Notes under the pieces: model-generated
Seen by the model: the letters and a program-made list of their open reading frames with translations, nothing else
Database searches by the model: none
What the model was told of the DNA's origin: nothing
Position numbers and translations under genes: made by a program
Assembly (NCBI GenBank): GCA_046726415.1
Contig: JBKPAK010000086.1
Coordinates: 1-23,894 of the forward strand
Direction of reading: 5' to 3'
Origin: Candidatus Methylomirabilota bacterium
Lineage (GTDB): Bacteria > Methylomirabilota > Methylomirabilia > Rokubacteriales > CSP1-6
Length of the DNA stretch: 23,894 bases
Shown: piece after piece, positions 1 to 8,364 of the stretch
Layout: the number at the start of each line of letters is the position of its first letter
How positions within the stretch are numbered: the stretch's first letter is position 1

Positions 1-675
1 GCGCTGGATGTACCGGCTGATGATCGGTCCGAGATAGGCGTTGAGAACCGTCGTCGACAGCCGTTCGTACTCGCGGAACTCGGGCGAGACGTCGGACGAG
101 AGTGAGACATAGCAGTCCGGGAAGCGCTCGCGGATGAGTGCGCCGGCGAGCCGCTCGTGCCCGGGGTCGAGAAAGCTGTAGAGGAAGCAGACCGCGATGG
201 CCTCCACGCCCGCGGTGGCCGCGGCCAGGGCGTCGAGAGCGGTCCCGACGCTTTCTGGGGTCAACTTCTCCAGCGCGCCGCCGTCGGGCAGGAGGCGTTC
301 GCTCACTTCGAAGCGGAGATCGCGCGGCACCAGCGGGATCGGCTTGTCGGCCTGGAGGTCATACAGCTCGGGCCGCTTCTGGCGGGCGATTTCCAGGAGA
401 TCGCGGAAGCCGCGGGTCGTGAGAAGCGCGGCGCGCGCGCCCCGCTTCTCGAGCAGCGCGTTGGTGGCCACCGTGGTGCCGTGGGCGATGAAGCCGAGCG
501 CGGATGCCGCCACGCCGTCCCGCTCGGAGATGCCGCGGATGCCGGCCAGGATGCCTTCCGATGGATCGCCTGGCACCGACGGCAACTTGAACACGGTGAG
601 GCGGTGGCGCCCGGCATCCCACAGCGCGAGATCGGTGAAGGTGCCGCCGACGTCCACCCCCAGCTTGGCCGCCAT
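1..675 (-). CDS. Hydantoinase/oxoprolinase family protein, A subunit (5' part; runs off the window start)
   Basis: Not in the ORF track; translated by hand from ATG at 675: MAAKLGVDVGGTFTDL...HGTTVATNALLE...TTRGFRDLLEIARQKRPELYD...AIAVCFLYSF...SSDVSPEFREYERLSTTVLNAYLGP. These are hallmark HyuA/OplA N-terminal motifs. Confidence 0.95.
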   Translation of the reverse strand, partial: MAAKLGVDVGGTFTDLALWDAGRHRLTVFKLPSVPGDPSEGILAGIRGISERDGVAASALGFIAHGTTVATNALLEKRGARAALLTTRGFRDLLEIARQKRPELYDLQADKPIPLVPRDLRFEVSERLLPDGGALEKLTPESVGTALDALAAATAGVEAIAVCFLYSFLDPGHERLAGALIRERFPDCYVSLSSDVSPEFREYERLSTTVLNAYLGPIISRYIQR

Positions 676-684
676 TGCCCGGTC

Positions 685-712
685 ATGGTAGCCGGATCGC
701 GGCGGAGTTCAA
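685..712 (-). promoter_or_regulatory. Candidate sigma70 promoter for the hydantoinase gene
   Basis: Minus strand reads TTGAAC-N16-TACCAT, ending 9 nt before the ATG at 675; no Shine-Dalgarno in between. Confidence 0.45.
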
Positions 713-822
713 CTCGCCGCCAGGTTCGTGGCTCCCGCGGCATGCGGGTGACTGTACGTGGATGGACGTGTAGATTCGGCGCAGACCTGGCATTCAACGC
801 GCCGCGCGCCGGGAGGTCTTCA

Positions 823-1854
823 ATGAAAGCCGTGTACATCGCCGAACCCGGAGGTCCGGAGAAGCTCATCTTTGGCGACCGCCCCGATCCGCAGGCGGGA
901 CCGGGCGAGGTCATCGTCCGCGTCAGGGCGACCGCGCTCAATCACGCGGATCTCAGCCTCCGCGCCGGCCGCTCGGCCACGGGCGGGCTGCCGCGCATCC
1001 TGGGACTCGATATCGCCGGAGAGGTGGCGGATCTCGGGCCGGGAGTGACCGGATGGAAACAGAACGACCGGGTCGTGGTGGAGAACCGCGTCAAGTGCGG
1101 CGCCTGCCGGCCGTGTGTGCTCGGTCGCGACGAGTTCTGCGAGCGACAGAGGCGCTTGGGCGGCGAGCTCGACGGAGGTCATGCGCAGTACTGCAAGGTC
1201 CCCGCGGCGAATCTACAGTCCATTCCCGACCGGATGGGATTCGAAGAGGCGTCGACGCTCCCCCTGGCGGGGCACACCGCCTGGCATTGCCTCATCGAGC
1301 GGGTGCACCTCCAGCCCTGGGAGGACGTGCTGATCCAGGCCGTCGGCAGCGGGGTGGGGAGCTTCGGGCTCCTGGTGGCCAAAGGCATCGGCGCCCGGGT
1401 CATGGCCACGGCGGGAAGCGATTGGAAGCTCGAGAAAGCCAAGGAGCTCGGGGCCGACGAAGTGATCAACTACACCACCACCCCGAAGTTCAGCGAGCGC
1501 GTCAAGGAGCTCACCGACGGTCGCGGGGTGGATGTCGTGTTCGACTGTGTCGGCGCCAACGTGTGGGACGAGAGTCTCGCGAGCCTCAAGCCGGGCGGCC
1601 GGCTCGTCATCACGGGGACGACTTCAGGAAGCCAGATCACGTTCAATCTGGCTGTCATGCAGGGCCGTCCGTTGACGTTGATGGGCAGCGGTGGTCGGAG
1701 TCGGCGCAGTTTTGCGGCGATGATGCACATGGTCCACTACGGCGGCCTGCGCGGCGTCATCGGGAGGACGTTCGACCTGGCCGACGCGGCTCGTGCGCAT
1801 GAGGTTATGGCCGGGCGCGACTTTTTCGGCAAGCTGGTTCTTCGGGTGCCATAG
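823..1854 (+). CDS. Zinc-binding alcohol dehydrogenase-like / quinone oxidoreductase (MDR superfamily), 343 aa
   Basis: Start reassigned to ATG 823 (MKAVYIAEPGGPEKL), which follows GGAGG. Structural-Zn motif CGACRPC-x7-C, NAD(P) loop AVGSGVG, GRGVDVVFDCVG, C-terminal FFGKLVL. Confidence 0.93.
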   Translation: MKAVYIAEPGGPEKLIFGDRPDPQAGPGEVIVRVRATALNHADLSLRAGRSATGGLPRILGLDIAGEVADLGPGVTGWKQNDRVVVENRVKCGACRPCVLGRDEFCERQRRLGGELDGGHAQYCKVPAANLQSIPDRMGFEEASTLPLAGHTAWHCLIERVHLQPWEDVLIQAVGSGVGSFGLLVAKGIGARVMATAGSDWKLEKAKELGADEVINYTTTPKFSERVKELTDGRGVDVVFDCVGANVWDESLASLKPGGRLVITGTTSGSQITFNLAVMQGRPLTLMGSGGRSRRSFAAMMHMVHYGGLRGVIGRTFDLADAARAHEVMAGRDFFGKLVLRVP

Positions 1855-1946
1855 CCGTGGCGACGAGTCGACAACTCGCGTGGTCGTGACCCAACCCTGA
1901 CTGTCCGCCACGATTCCTCTGGCGGACTGACCGCGAGCCTCGGGCG

Positions 1947-1975
1947 TTGACTCGGGCGAAGAGTCTGGTCATCAT
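1947..1975 (+). promoter_or_regulatory. Candidate sigma70 promoter for the dioxygenase gene
   Basis: TTGACT (1947-1952), N17, CATCAT (1970-1975), followed by a GAGGAGG RBS and ATG 1997. Confidence 0.6.
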
Positions 1976-1996
1976 CTGTCGTGAGGAGGACCACCC

Positions 1997-3052
1997 ATGG
2001 GCCAGATCCTCGGGCTCGGCATCACCCACTACCCCCCGATGTCGTACAAGGGCAACCTGACCAGCCGCATCAAGCTGCTGCTCGGCGACCCATTGCTCCC
2101 CGAGCGTCTGCGGTCGCCGGAGAACTGGCATCCCGCCATGCGGGAGCAGTGGAGCACTGACGAGGGGTGGAACCACTCCGAGAAGCACCGGAGCGACCTG
2201 ATCCACCATTTCCGCAAGGCCCGAGCCGAGCTCGATGCGTTCCGGCCCGACTTCGTGCTGCTGTGGGGCGATGACCAGTACGAAAACTATCGGGAGGACT
2301 GTGTCCCCCCCTTCTCGGTACTGGCTTATGACTCGGTCGACGTTCAGCCCTGGAAGGGTCACCGCGGGGAGAATTGGTGGGACGAGCCCCAGGACAAGAC
2401 GTTCACCATCGCGGGCCACCGGGCGGGCGCCAAGTCCCTGGTGACCGCACTGCTGAGTGACGGGATCGACATCGCCTACGCCTATAGGCCTCTACACCAT
2501 CCGCTCGGTCATGCGTTCGTGAACTCGGTCCTGTACCTCGACATCGACCGGAAGGGGTTTCCCTATCCCGTGGTGCCGTTCACGGTGAACGCCTATGGAC
2601 GCTGGCTGATCGGGGCGCACGGGGCGCCGATGACGCCGTCGCAAGCGGCGAAGCTCGCCGGCCAGGTGGAGGTGGATCCGCCGGGTCCGCAGCCGTGGCG
2701 GTGCTTCCAGGTCGGCGCGGCGGTGGCGCGGGCGCTTACCCTGAGCCCGTGGCGCGTGGCCGTGATCGCCTCGTCGAGCTGGAGCCACTCGTTCCTGGTC
2801 GCCAAGAACTCCCTGATGTTCCCGGACGTGGAGTCGGACAAGCGCTACTACGAGGCGCTGCGCGACGGCGACTGGGAGACATGGAAGAACACCACGATCG
2901 AAGAAGCCGAGGACCGCGGCCATCACGAGCTGCTGAACTGGTTCTGTCTCGCGGGGGCGATGGCGGAGCTGAGGCGCCGGCCCGACGAGTCGGTGTTCCT
3001 GGAGTCGTGGATCTCCAACTCCGACAAGGTGTTCGCCGTCTTCCGGCCGTAG
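1997..3052 (+). CDS. Class III (LigB-like) extradiol ring-cleavage dioxygenase catalytic subunit
   Basis: N-terminal THYP, RPDFVLLWGDDQYENY, LGHAF, IASSSWSH and HHELLNW match the LigB/DesZ-type fold motifs; strong RBS. Confidence 0.85.
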   Translation: MGQILGLGITHYPPMSYKGNLTSRIKLLLGDPLLPERLRSPENWHPAMREQWSTDEGWNHSEKHRSDLIHHFRKARAELDAFRPDFVLLWGDDQYENYREDCVPPFSVLAYDSVDVQPWKGHRGENWWDEPQDKTFTIAGHRAGAKSLVTALLSDGIDIAYAYRPLHHPLGHAFVNSVLYLDIDRKGFPYPVVPFTVNAYGRWLIGAHGAPMTPSQAAKLAGQVEVDPPGPQPWRCFQVGAAVARALTLSPWRVAVIASSSWSHSFLVAKNSLMFPDVESDKRYYEALRDGDWETWKNTTIEEAEDRGHHELLNWFCLAGAMAELRRRPDESVFLESWISNSDKVFAVFRP

Positions 3053-3121
3053 CCGCGCGCTGACGCGGGAAGGTCGCCTGCACGCAGCGTTGATCAAGGC
3101 ACCGGCCAGGCTACCTCTTTC

Positions 3122-3361
3122 TTGCCTGATATTTTCGGCGCCAGGTCTTCGCGCGTTCATCGATGACGCGGTGGGGGGCCAGTCCCGAATTCATCGGCGC
3201 GGAGAACAGCATATGGTCCTCCGACTGCCCCCATACCGTCTCGACCTGGCCTCATTTCACGCGAGATCGTCGAGCGAGATTTCAAGGGTGTCCCGGAGAG
3301 CGAAAAGCGGCAGATGGTGCGGGAGAACGTGGTCCGGCTCTATGGCCTGGCCCTGGCGTAG
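3122..3361 (+). pseudogene. 3' remnant of an amidohydrolase_2 family gene with several 1-nt frameshifts
   Basis: Joining frames gives LP.YFRRQVFA.FIDDAVG.ASPEFIGAENSIWSSDCPHTVSTWPH/SREIVERDFKGVPESEKRQMVRENVVRLYGLALA*, the typical C-terminus (WSSDYPH...ENxxRLY). No 5' part is present. Confidence 0.85.
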
Positions 3362-3470
3362 AGACCGGAAGTGCCCCCAAGTGCCTCGCCCGTGCCCGCT
3401 GCGACCGGCCCCGGTTGAGGGCGAAGCCGGCGAAGGGGCCTCACCTCGCCGACCACAGACGATTGGGTGG

Positions 3471-3917
3471 TCAGGCGCTCGCCACGGGGAAGGTTTCGAA
3501 CCCGAAGTCGACATACTCGCGCAGGAGCGCGAAGTCGTCCACGTTGTCGGTGACCACGGTCGCTCCGACTTGGCGCGCCGAGAGCGCGATGAGCGTGTCG
3601 TTCCAGAGATGGAGGACCGTGTCGGTCAGGTCGGGACGAGTCCGGGCGATCCGCGCCAGGACGTCGCCAGCCTGGTTCCAGGACTGGGCCGTCGGGGCCA
3701 CCATCCGCCCAACGCGACCGAATCCGTCGGTGAAGCTCAGCACCGCTCTCCGCGCTCTCGCGCTCCGGACTCCTGCCCGTAGCTCAGCCGACACCACCGA
3801 GGCGAGGTACGTTCGCGGGAACCACGCGATCAGTTGCATACCGGTCGAGCCCTCGCGGCCCTGCCGGATGGCCTTGACGTAGACGCTCGTGTCGACCAGC
3901 ACCTTACCGGGGGGCAT
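3471..3917 (-). CDS. vapC: VapC-type PIN-domain toxin
   Basis: 148 aa with the four PIN acidic motifs (VLVDTSVY, VSAEL, WNDTLIA, TDNVDDF); overlaps the upstream small gene by 14 nt. Confidence 0.9.
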   Translation of the reverse strand: MPPGKVLVDTSVYVKAIRQGREGSTGMQLIAWFPRTYLASVVSAELRAGVRSARARRAVLSFTDGFGRVGRMVAPTAQSWNQAGDVLARIARTRPDLTDTVLHLWNDTLIALSARQVGATVVTDNVDDFALLREYVDFGFETFPVASA

Positions 3918-4155
3918 GGCGGCGCCGGCGTCGGCGCCCGGCAGTGAGCGAGCGATCGACGCTGACGATATCGGCAGGCCCCAGGGCGAGGAGCCGCCGG
4001 AATGCTTCGATCAGTGCCGCCTCATCGGCCACGAGCTCGAGGGCGCGATGAATCGTCTCGGTCTCGGTCGCGGTGCCGAGCGCCCTTCGCGCCCGCTCGA
4101 GCTTTCTCACGTCGAGCCGGTAGTTCTTCCGGACCACGGCGCGCGAACCGTCCAT
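3904..4155 (-). CDS. vapB: VapB-like antitoxin (ribbon-helix-helix type), 83 aa
   Basis: Start reassigned to ATG 4155 (MDGSRAVVRKNYRLDVRKLERARRALGTATETETIHRALE), which follows GGAGG; directly upstream of and overlapping the PIN gene. Confidence 0.8.
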   Translation of the reverse strand: MDGSRAVVRKNYRLDVRKLERARRALGTATETETIHRALELVADEAALIEAFRRLLALGPADIVSVDRSLTAGRRRRRRHAPR

Positions 4156-4180
4156 CGAGTCCCACCTCCGTCGACTTCTC

Positions 4181-4220
4181 CATCTGTACAGATGTATGAT
4201 AGCACAATGTCTGTACACAC
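4181..4220 (-). promoter_or_regulatory. vapBC promoter/operator: extended -10 flanked by two TGTACA-centred palindromes
   Basis: Perfect 14-bp palindrome CATCTGTACAGATG (4181-4194), an imperfect second site GTCTGTACACAC (4209-4220), and TGcTATCAT on the minus strand (4196-4204) between them. Confidence 0.7.
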
Positions 4221-4335
4221 CGATGAGGGGCCAGCTTCGCGATCTTCTCGATCCGCGGACAGCCTGACGCACTCGGTTGTCTGCTCAGCCGGAGACGTAT
4301 TTTTCCTTTCGGGCAGCCACCCCTCGGGTCCCACA

Positions 4336-4565
4336 GCCGACCCCAAGCTCACGGAGATGATCCGGCTCCAGCGCCGCACGTTCGACGTGGCCAAGCGCCG
4401 CCAGATCGTGTACGACATCCAGCGCTACGTCGCCGACCAGGCGTACTTCGGGGCGAGCGGTTCCACCAAGGTCGTCTCGGCGTGGAGCCGTACATCAAGA
4501 ACTACCGACCCAACAACGGCCACGACTACGGCGGACGGCTGATGGCCGCCTGGATCGACAAGTAG
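4336..4565 (+). pseudogene. 3' remnant of a family-5 (peptide/nickel) ABC substrate-binding protein gene with one frameshift
   Basis: ADPKLTEMIRLQRRTFDVAKRRQIVYDIQRYVADQAY...VSAW/(E)PYIKNYRPNNGHDYGGRLMAAWIDK*; one base missing near 4486; no start or 5' region. Confidence 0.8.
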
Positions 4566-4579
4566 AGGAGCCAGGGGAC

Positions 4580-4628
4580 GCCACGGAGCGGCGCCGGCTT
4601 CGGGCTCGCCGGCGCTGCTCCTAGTGGC
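4580..4628. terminator. Strong GC-rich hairpin between convergent genes (terminator or REP-like)
   Basis: GGAGCGGCGCCGGC (4585-4598) pairs with GCCGGCGCTGCTCC (4608-4621, one G-U), extended by GCCAC/GTGGC; no U-tract. Confidence 0.5.
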
Positions 4629-4644
4629 ACCTGCTTCACCGGCT

Positions 4645-5544
4645 TCACTCTCTCCGTTCCGGCAACAACCCGTCGGGTCGGTGGATCATCAGGGCGACGA
4701 GAATGATCCCTACCAGCATCTGCTGCGCAGCGGCCAGGCGAACGCCCGTCAGGAAGGGAATGACATCCTTCGCGAAGCGGCTGCCTTCGAGCAGCCCGAG
4801 CAGCACGACCGAGCCGAGCAGGGCGCCGCGGTTGTTCCCGGATCCGCCGAGAATCAGGGCCAGCCACACGAAGAGCGTCTCCTGGGGTAGGAACATGTTG
4901 GGCTCGATGTAGGCGAGGTAGTGCGCGAAGAAGATGCCGGCGAGCCCGGCGATGGCCGCGCCCACGGCGAAGGCCTGGACCTTGAAGTGGAAGACCGATT
5001 TCCCGGCGACGGCGGCGACCGTTTCGTCCTCGCGAATCGCCCGCAGGACGCGCCCGAACGGGGAGCCGGCCACGCGCTGGAGCGTCCAGTAGACGAGGGC
5101 GACGGCGGCGAGGACGACGGCGAGGTAGAAGAGGTCGTAGTGGCGCCCGAACACCGCATGGAGGGGACGGGGAATGCCGGTGACCCCGTTGGCGCCCTTC
5201 GTGAGCCACGCTTCGTTGAGGAGGAACAGCCGCAAGACCTCGGCGAATCCCAGCGTGACAATGGCCAGATAGTCCTCGCGCAAGCGAAGGGCAACCATGG
5301 CCATGACGATGCCGGCGACGACGGCCAGGACGATGGCCGACGCCCAGGCCAGCGGGAGGGCCACGCCGGTGACGGCGAGCAGGGCAGCGCTGTAGGCGCC
5401 GATGGCGAAGAAGGCAACGACCCCCAGGTTGACCAGTCCGGTCAGCCCCCACTGGACGTTGAGCCCCAGCGTGAGAAGGGCGCGGATGCCGACGAGCGTG
5501 GCAATCGCCGTGAGATACGCGGTCACGCCCGCCCTCCGCGACAT
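4645..5544 (-). CDS. livM: Branched-chain amino acid-type ABC transporter permease (LivM-like)
   Basis: LGLNVQWGLTGLVNLG, LRLREDYLAIVTLGFAE, SPFGRVLRAIREDE, LILGGSGN; hydrophobic. Confidence 0.92.
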   Translation of the reverse strand: MSRRAGVTAYLTAIATLVGIRALLTLGLNVQWGLTGLVNLGVVAFFAIGAYSAALLAVTGVALPLAWASAIVLAVVAGIVMAMVALRLREDYLAIVTLGFAEVLRLFLLNEAWLTKGANGVTGIPRPLHAVFGRHYDLFYLAVVLAAVALVYWTLQRVAGSPFGRVLRAIREDETVAAVAGKSVFHFKVQAFAVGAAIAGLAGIFFAHYLAYIEPNMFLPQETLFVWLALILGGSGNNRGALLGSVVLLGLLEGSRFAKDVIPFLTGVRLAAAQQMLVGIILVALMIHRPDGLLPERRE

Positions 5545-5560
5545 CCGCTGAACTGGGCGG

Positions 5561-6424
5561 TCACGCCCGCGCCCCCGCGAGCCCGGTGGGTCTGACGAGG
5601 AGGACGATCAGGATCACGAAGAAGCCGATGGCGGTCTTGTAGGTCGGCGGGATGGCGAGGGTGCCCACCTCTTCGATGAGGCCGACGATGAGGGCCCCGG
5701 CGAGCGCGCCGGGCGCGGAGCCGATGCCCCCCAGGATGGCGGCGGCGAAGACGGAGATGATGAGCCCGGCGCCCATGAGGGGGTCGACATTGGCGTCGAG
5801 CCCGAGGAAGACCCCGGCCCCGCCGGCCAGCGCTCCGCCGCCGAGGGTGGCCAGCGCGATGACCCGCTCGGTGGGCACGCCCTTGATCGCGGCGAGCGTC
5901 GGGTTCTCGGCGGTCGCGCGCATGGCGATGCCGAGCCGCGTCTTGCGCAAGAAGACCTGGGCGAGCATCATGAGGGCCACCGCGACGGCGAGGATGAGGA
6001 GCTGCTCACGCCCCACGCGCAGTCCCGCCCAGTTCATGGCGCGGGTCACCGGCACGTCGTAGCTCCGATAATCATTCCCCCACAGGAAGCGCACGGCGTT
6101 CTCGAGCACGAAGGCGACTCCGATGGACGCGATGGCGAGGGCGAAGGGCCGCCGGTGCCGCATGGGGCGGAAGGCAATGCGGTCGACCGCGAGGGCCACC
6201 GCGCCCGTGGTGGCCAGCGCGGCCAGCCAGGCGGCCTCGATCGGCCAGCCGAGCCCCCGATTGAGGGCGAAGGCGGCGAAGGCCCCCACCGTGAGATACG
6301 TGCTCACCGCGAAGTTGGGAAAGCGCAGGAGTCGCCACAGGAGGGAGAAGGCCACGGCGGGAAGGGCGAGGACGCCGCCGGTCACGATCCCGTTGAAGAC
6401 GTACTGGGCAATCGGCGGCATCAC
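5561..6424 (-). CDS. livH: Branched-chain amino acid-type ABC transporter permease (LivH-like)
   Basis: NGIVTGGVLAL, PNFA, TRLGIAMRATAENPTLA, AAILGGIGS, LLVRPTGL. Start is GTG 6424 or ATG 6421. Confidence 0.92.
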   Translation of the reverse strand: MMPPIAQYVFNGIVTGGVLALPAVAFSLLWRLLRFPNFAVSTYLTVGAFAAFALNRGLGWPIEAAWLAALATTGAVALAVDRIAFRPMRHRRPFALAIASIGVAFVLENAVRFLWGNDYRSYDVPVTRAMNWAGLRVGREQLLILAVAVALMMLAQVFLRKTRLGIAMRATAENPTLAAIKGVPTERVIALATLGGGALAGGAGVFLGLDANVDPLMGAGLIISVFAAAILGGIGSAPGALAGALIVGLIEEVGTLAIPPTYKTAIGFFVILIVLLVRPTGLAGARA

Positions 6425-6434
6425 GCCTCGGCCG

Positions 6435-7655
6435 CTACGGCTGGATGATGGTCACCTGTTCGATCTTGCCTTTCCGCACCTGCTGGATACTGAAAGGGCG
6501 GGAGAGGATGTCGCCGATGGCGTCGAAGTCGCAGGAGCCCGACGCGCCCTCGTAGTTGATCTTCTTGCCCTCGCGCAGGAGCTTGGCGCCCTCCTCGAAC
6601 GAGGACACCGTCGTGCCCGGCGGGTTGGAGATTGTGCGCAGATTGTCCTTGATGATCGTGCCCGACGCCTCGCCCTTGCCGGCGGCGAGAGCCAGGCTCA
6701 CCAGGGTCATGTGGTCCCACGATTGCGGCGCGTACGGGTTCTGGTCTGCGCGGGGCACGGCACCGGCGAGCAGCTTGTAGGCCGGCGAATCGAAGGAGGG
6801 CGCCGGGTCCATTGACCAGATGCCTTCCGCCACCTCCGGCGTCGCGCTCTCGATGAACTTGGCGTTGATGGCGAAGCTCGGACCGAGCATGGCGCCCTTG
6901 TAGCCCGCCTTGTAGAGATCTTTGGCCAGCACCGAGGCGTCGGGGGTGTAGCCCGACACCATGATGAAGTCGGGATTGGTGGCCAGCACGCGCGTCACTT
7001 CACTCCGGTACGATGGCTTGTTGGCCTCGTAGATCAGGTTGTCGGTGATGGTCACGCCCGCCGACTTGAGCGCCCCGGTGAACGTCTCCCCGAATGGCGC
7101 GGCGAACGGGGTCTGCAGGGCCATGTACGCCACCCGCTTCCACTCCTTCTTGGTGAGCACGTACTTCGCGTACATCCGCCCCTGGAGCTTGGTGTTGGGC
7201 TGGGTGCGCGCGATGTAGCCGCCGTGGTTCCCCTCAGTGACGGCGTCGGCGCCGGAGACGCTGATCTCGAACACCTTGGCCTCCACGCACAGCGGCTTCA
7301 CGGCGAGCGTCACCGCGGAGGCCCACGTAGAGAGGATGGCCACCACCTTGTTGACGTCGATGAGCTTCCGCGCGGCGCGCACCGCCGCCTCGGCATTCGT
7401 CTGGCCGTCTTCGTGGAAGAGCTGGAGGGGGCGGCCATTGATCCCGCCGCTGGCGTTGACCCGCTCGGCGACCGCCACGACCGATCGCTGCATCTCCGGA
7501 CCGTACGAGCCCCCGGCGCCGGTCAACGGACAGAGCGTGCCGATGGGGATCGGTTCCTTGGACTGCGCGCGGAGTACGGGCGGCATCGCGAGCACGCTGC
7601 CCGCCACCGCGCCGCCCGAGGCCACCAGCATCTGTCGTCGCGTCAACGCCGCCAT
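6435..7655 (-). CDS. ABC transporter substrate-binding protein (LivJ/K-like) with Tat signal, 406 aa
   Basis: Start reassigned to ATG 7655 (MAALTRRQMLVASGG...VLRAQ), which follows GGAGG; IGTLCPLTG, VNASGGINGR, INYEGASGSCDFD. Confidence 0.92.
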   Translation of the reverse strand: MAALTRRQMLVASGGAVAGSVLAMPPVLRAQSKEPIPIGTLCPLTGAGGSYGPEMQRSVVAVAERVNASGGINGRPLQLFHEDGQTNAEAAVRAARKLIDVNKVVAILSTWASAVTLAVKPLCVEAKVFEISVSGADAVTEGNHGGYIARTQPNTKLQGRMYAKYVLTKKEWKRVAYMALQTPFAAPFGETFTGALKSAGVTITDNLIYEANKPSYRSEVTRVLATNPDFIMVSGYTPDASVLAKDLYKAGYKGAMLGPSFAINAKFIESATPEVAEGIWSMDPAPSFDSPAYKLLAGAVPRADQNPYAPQSWDHMTLVSLALAAGKGEASGTIIKDNLRTISNPPGTTVSSFEEGAKLLREGKKINYEGASGSCDFDAIGDILSRPFSIQQVRKGKIEQVTIIQP

Positions 7656-7656
7656 G

Positions 7657-8364
7657 TCAGCCTCCAAGATAAAGGTGGCGAATCTCCGGATCCGCCAGGA
7701 GTGCGCGGCCTGGGCCCTCGGCCCGCGTCTGCCCCATCGTGAGCACGTAGCCGCGGTGGCAGAGCGCGAGGGCGGCGCGGGCGTTCTGCTCGACGAGGAC
7801 GACGCTGACCCCGTGCCCGTTGATCTCACGGACGCGCTCGAACGTCAATCGCTGGAGGGCCGGAGCCAGCCCGGCCGATGGCTCGTCGAGCAGGAGGAGC
7901 GTCGGCTCCGTCATCAGGGCCATGGCCAGGGCCAGCATCTGGCGCTCGCCGCCCGACAGGCTCCCGGCGCGGATCCGTCTCCGCTCGCGGAGCACGGGGA
8001 AGAGGTCGAAGACGGCGTCGGCACGCCGGGTCAGCGTCCCCGGCGCCGTGTAGCCGCCGAGGGTCAGATTCTCCCACACGGAAAGCGACGCGAAGATATT
8101 CGCCTCTTGCGGAACGTAACAGAGACCGCGCGCGATGGTCTCGGCCGGGCTCACGCCTCCGAGGTCTTGATCGCGAAACCTGACGCCGCCCCGCCGCGCC
8201 GGCACGAGGCCGACGATGGTCTTGAGCAGCGTGGACTTGCCGGCTCCGTTCGGCCCGATGACGGCCACGATCTCGCCGGGCTCGACGCGGAGCGTGAGCC
8301 CGCGAAGGATCTCGTGATCGCCGTAGCCGGCGACGAGCTCATCCACCTCGAGGAGCGCGCTCAC
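7657..8364 (-). CDS. livF: ABC transporter ATP-binding protein (LivF-like)
   Basis: GTG start overlapping the upstream stop (GTGA); Walker A GPNGAGKST, LSGGERQML, LLLLDEPSAGLAP, LVEQN. Confidence 0.93.
   Translation of the reverse strand: MSALLEVDELVAGYGDHEILRGLTLRVEPGEIVAVIGPNGAGKSTLLKTIVGLVPARRGGVRFRDQDLGGVSPAETIARGLCYVPQEANIFASLSVWENLTLGGYTAPGTLTRRADAVFDLFPVLRERRRIRAGSLSGGERQMLALAMALMTEPTLLLLDEPSAGLAPALQRLTFERVREINGHGVSVVLVEQNARAALALCHRGYVLTMGQTRAEGPGRALLADPEIRHLYLGG

Noticed and set aside
157-822. 222-aa N-terminal extension of the 565-aa ORF, suggesting a fusion protein
   Set aside because: Mostly the antisense shadow of the hydantoinase gene; the real gene starts at ATG 823 after GGAGG.
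1903-1927. Hairpin GTCCGCCA/TGGCGGAC as a riboswitch or intrinsic terminator
   Set aside because: An 8-bp stem without a U-tract or recognisable aptamer; too weak to call in GC-rich DNA.
3090-4542. ORFs 3090..3782, 3163..3882 and 3889..4542 as real genes
   Set aside because: They are mosaics of pseudogene frames and antisense vapBC sequence.
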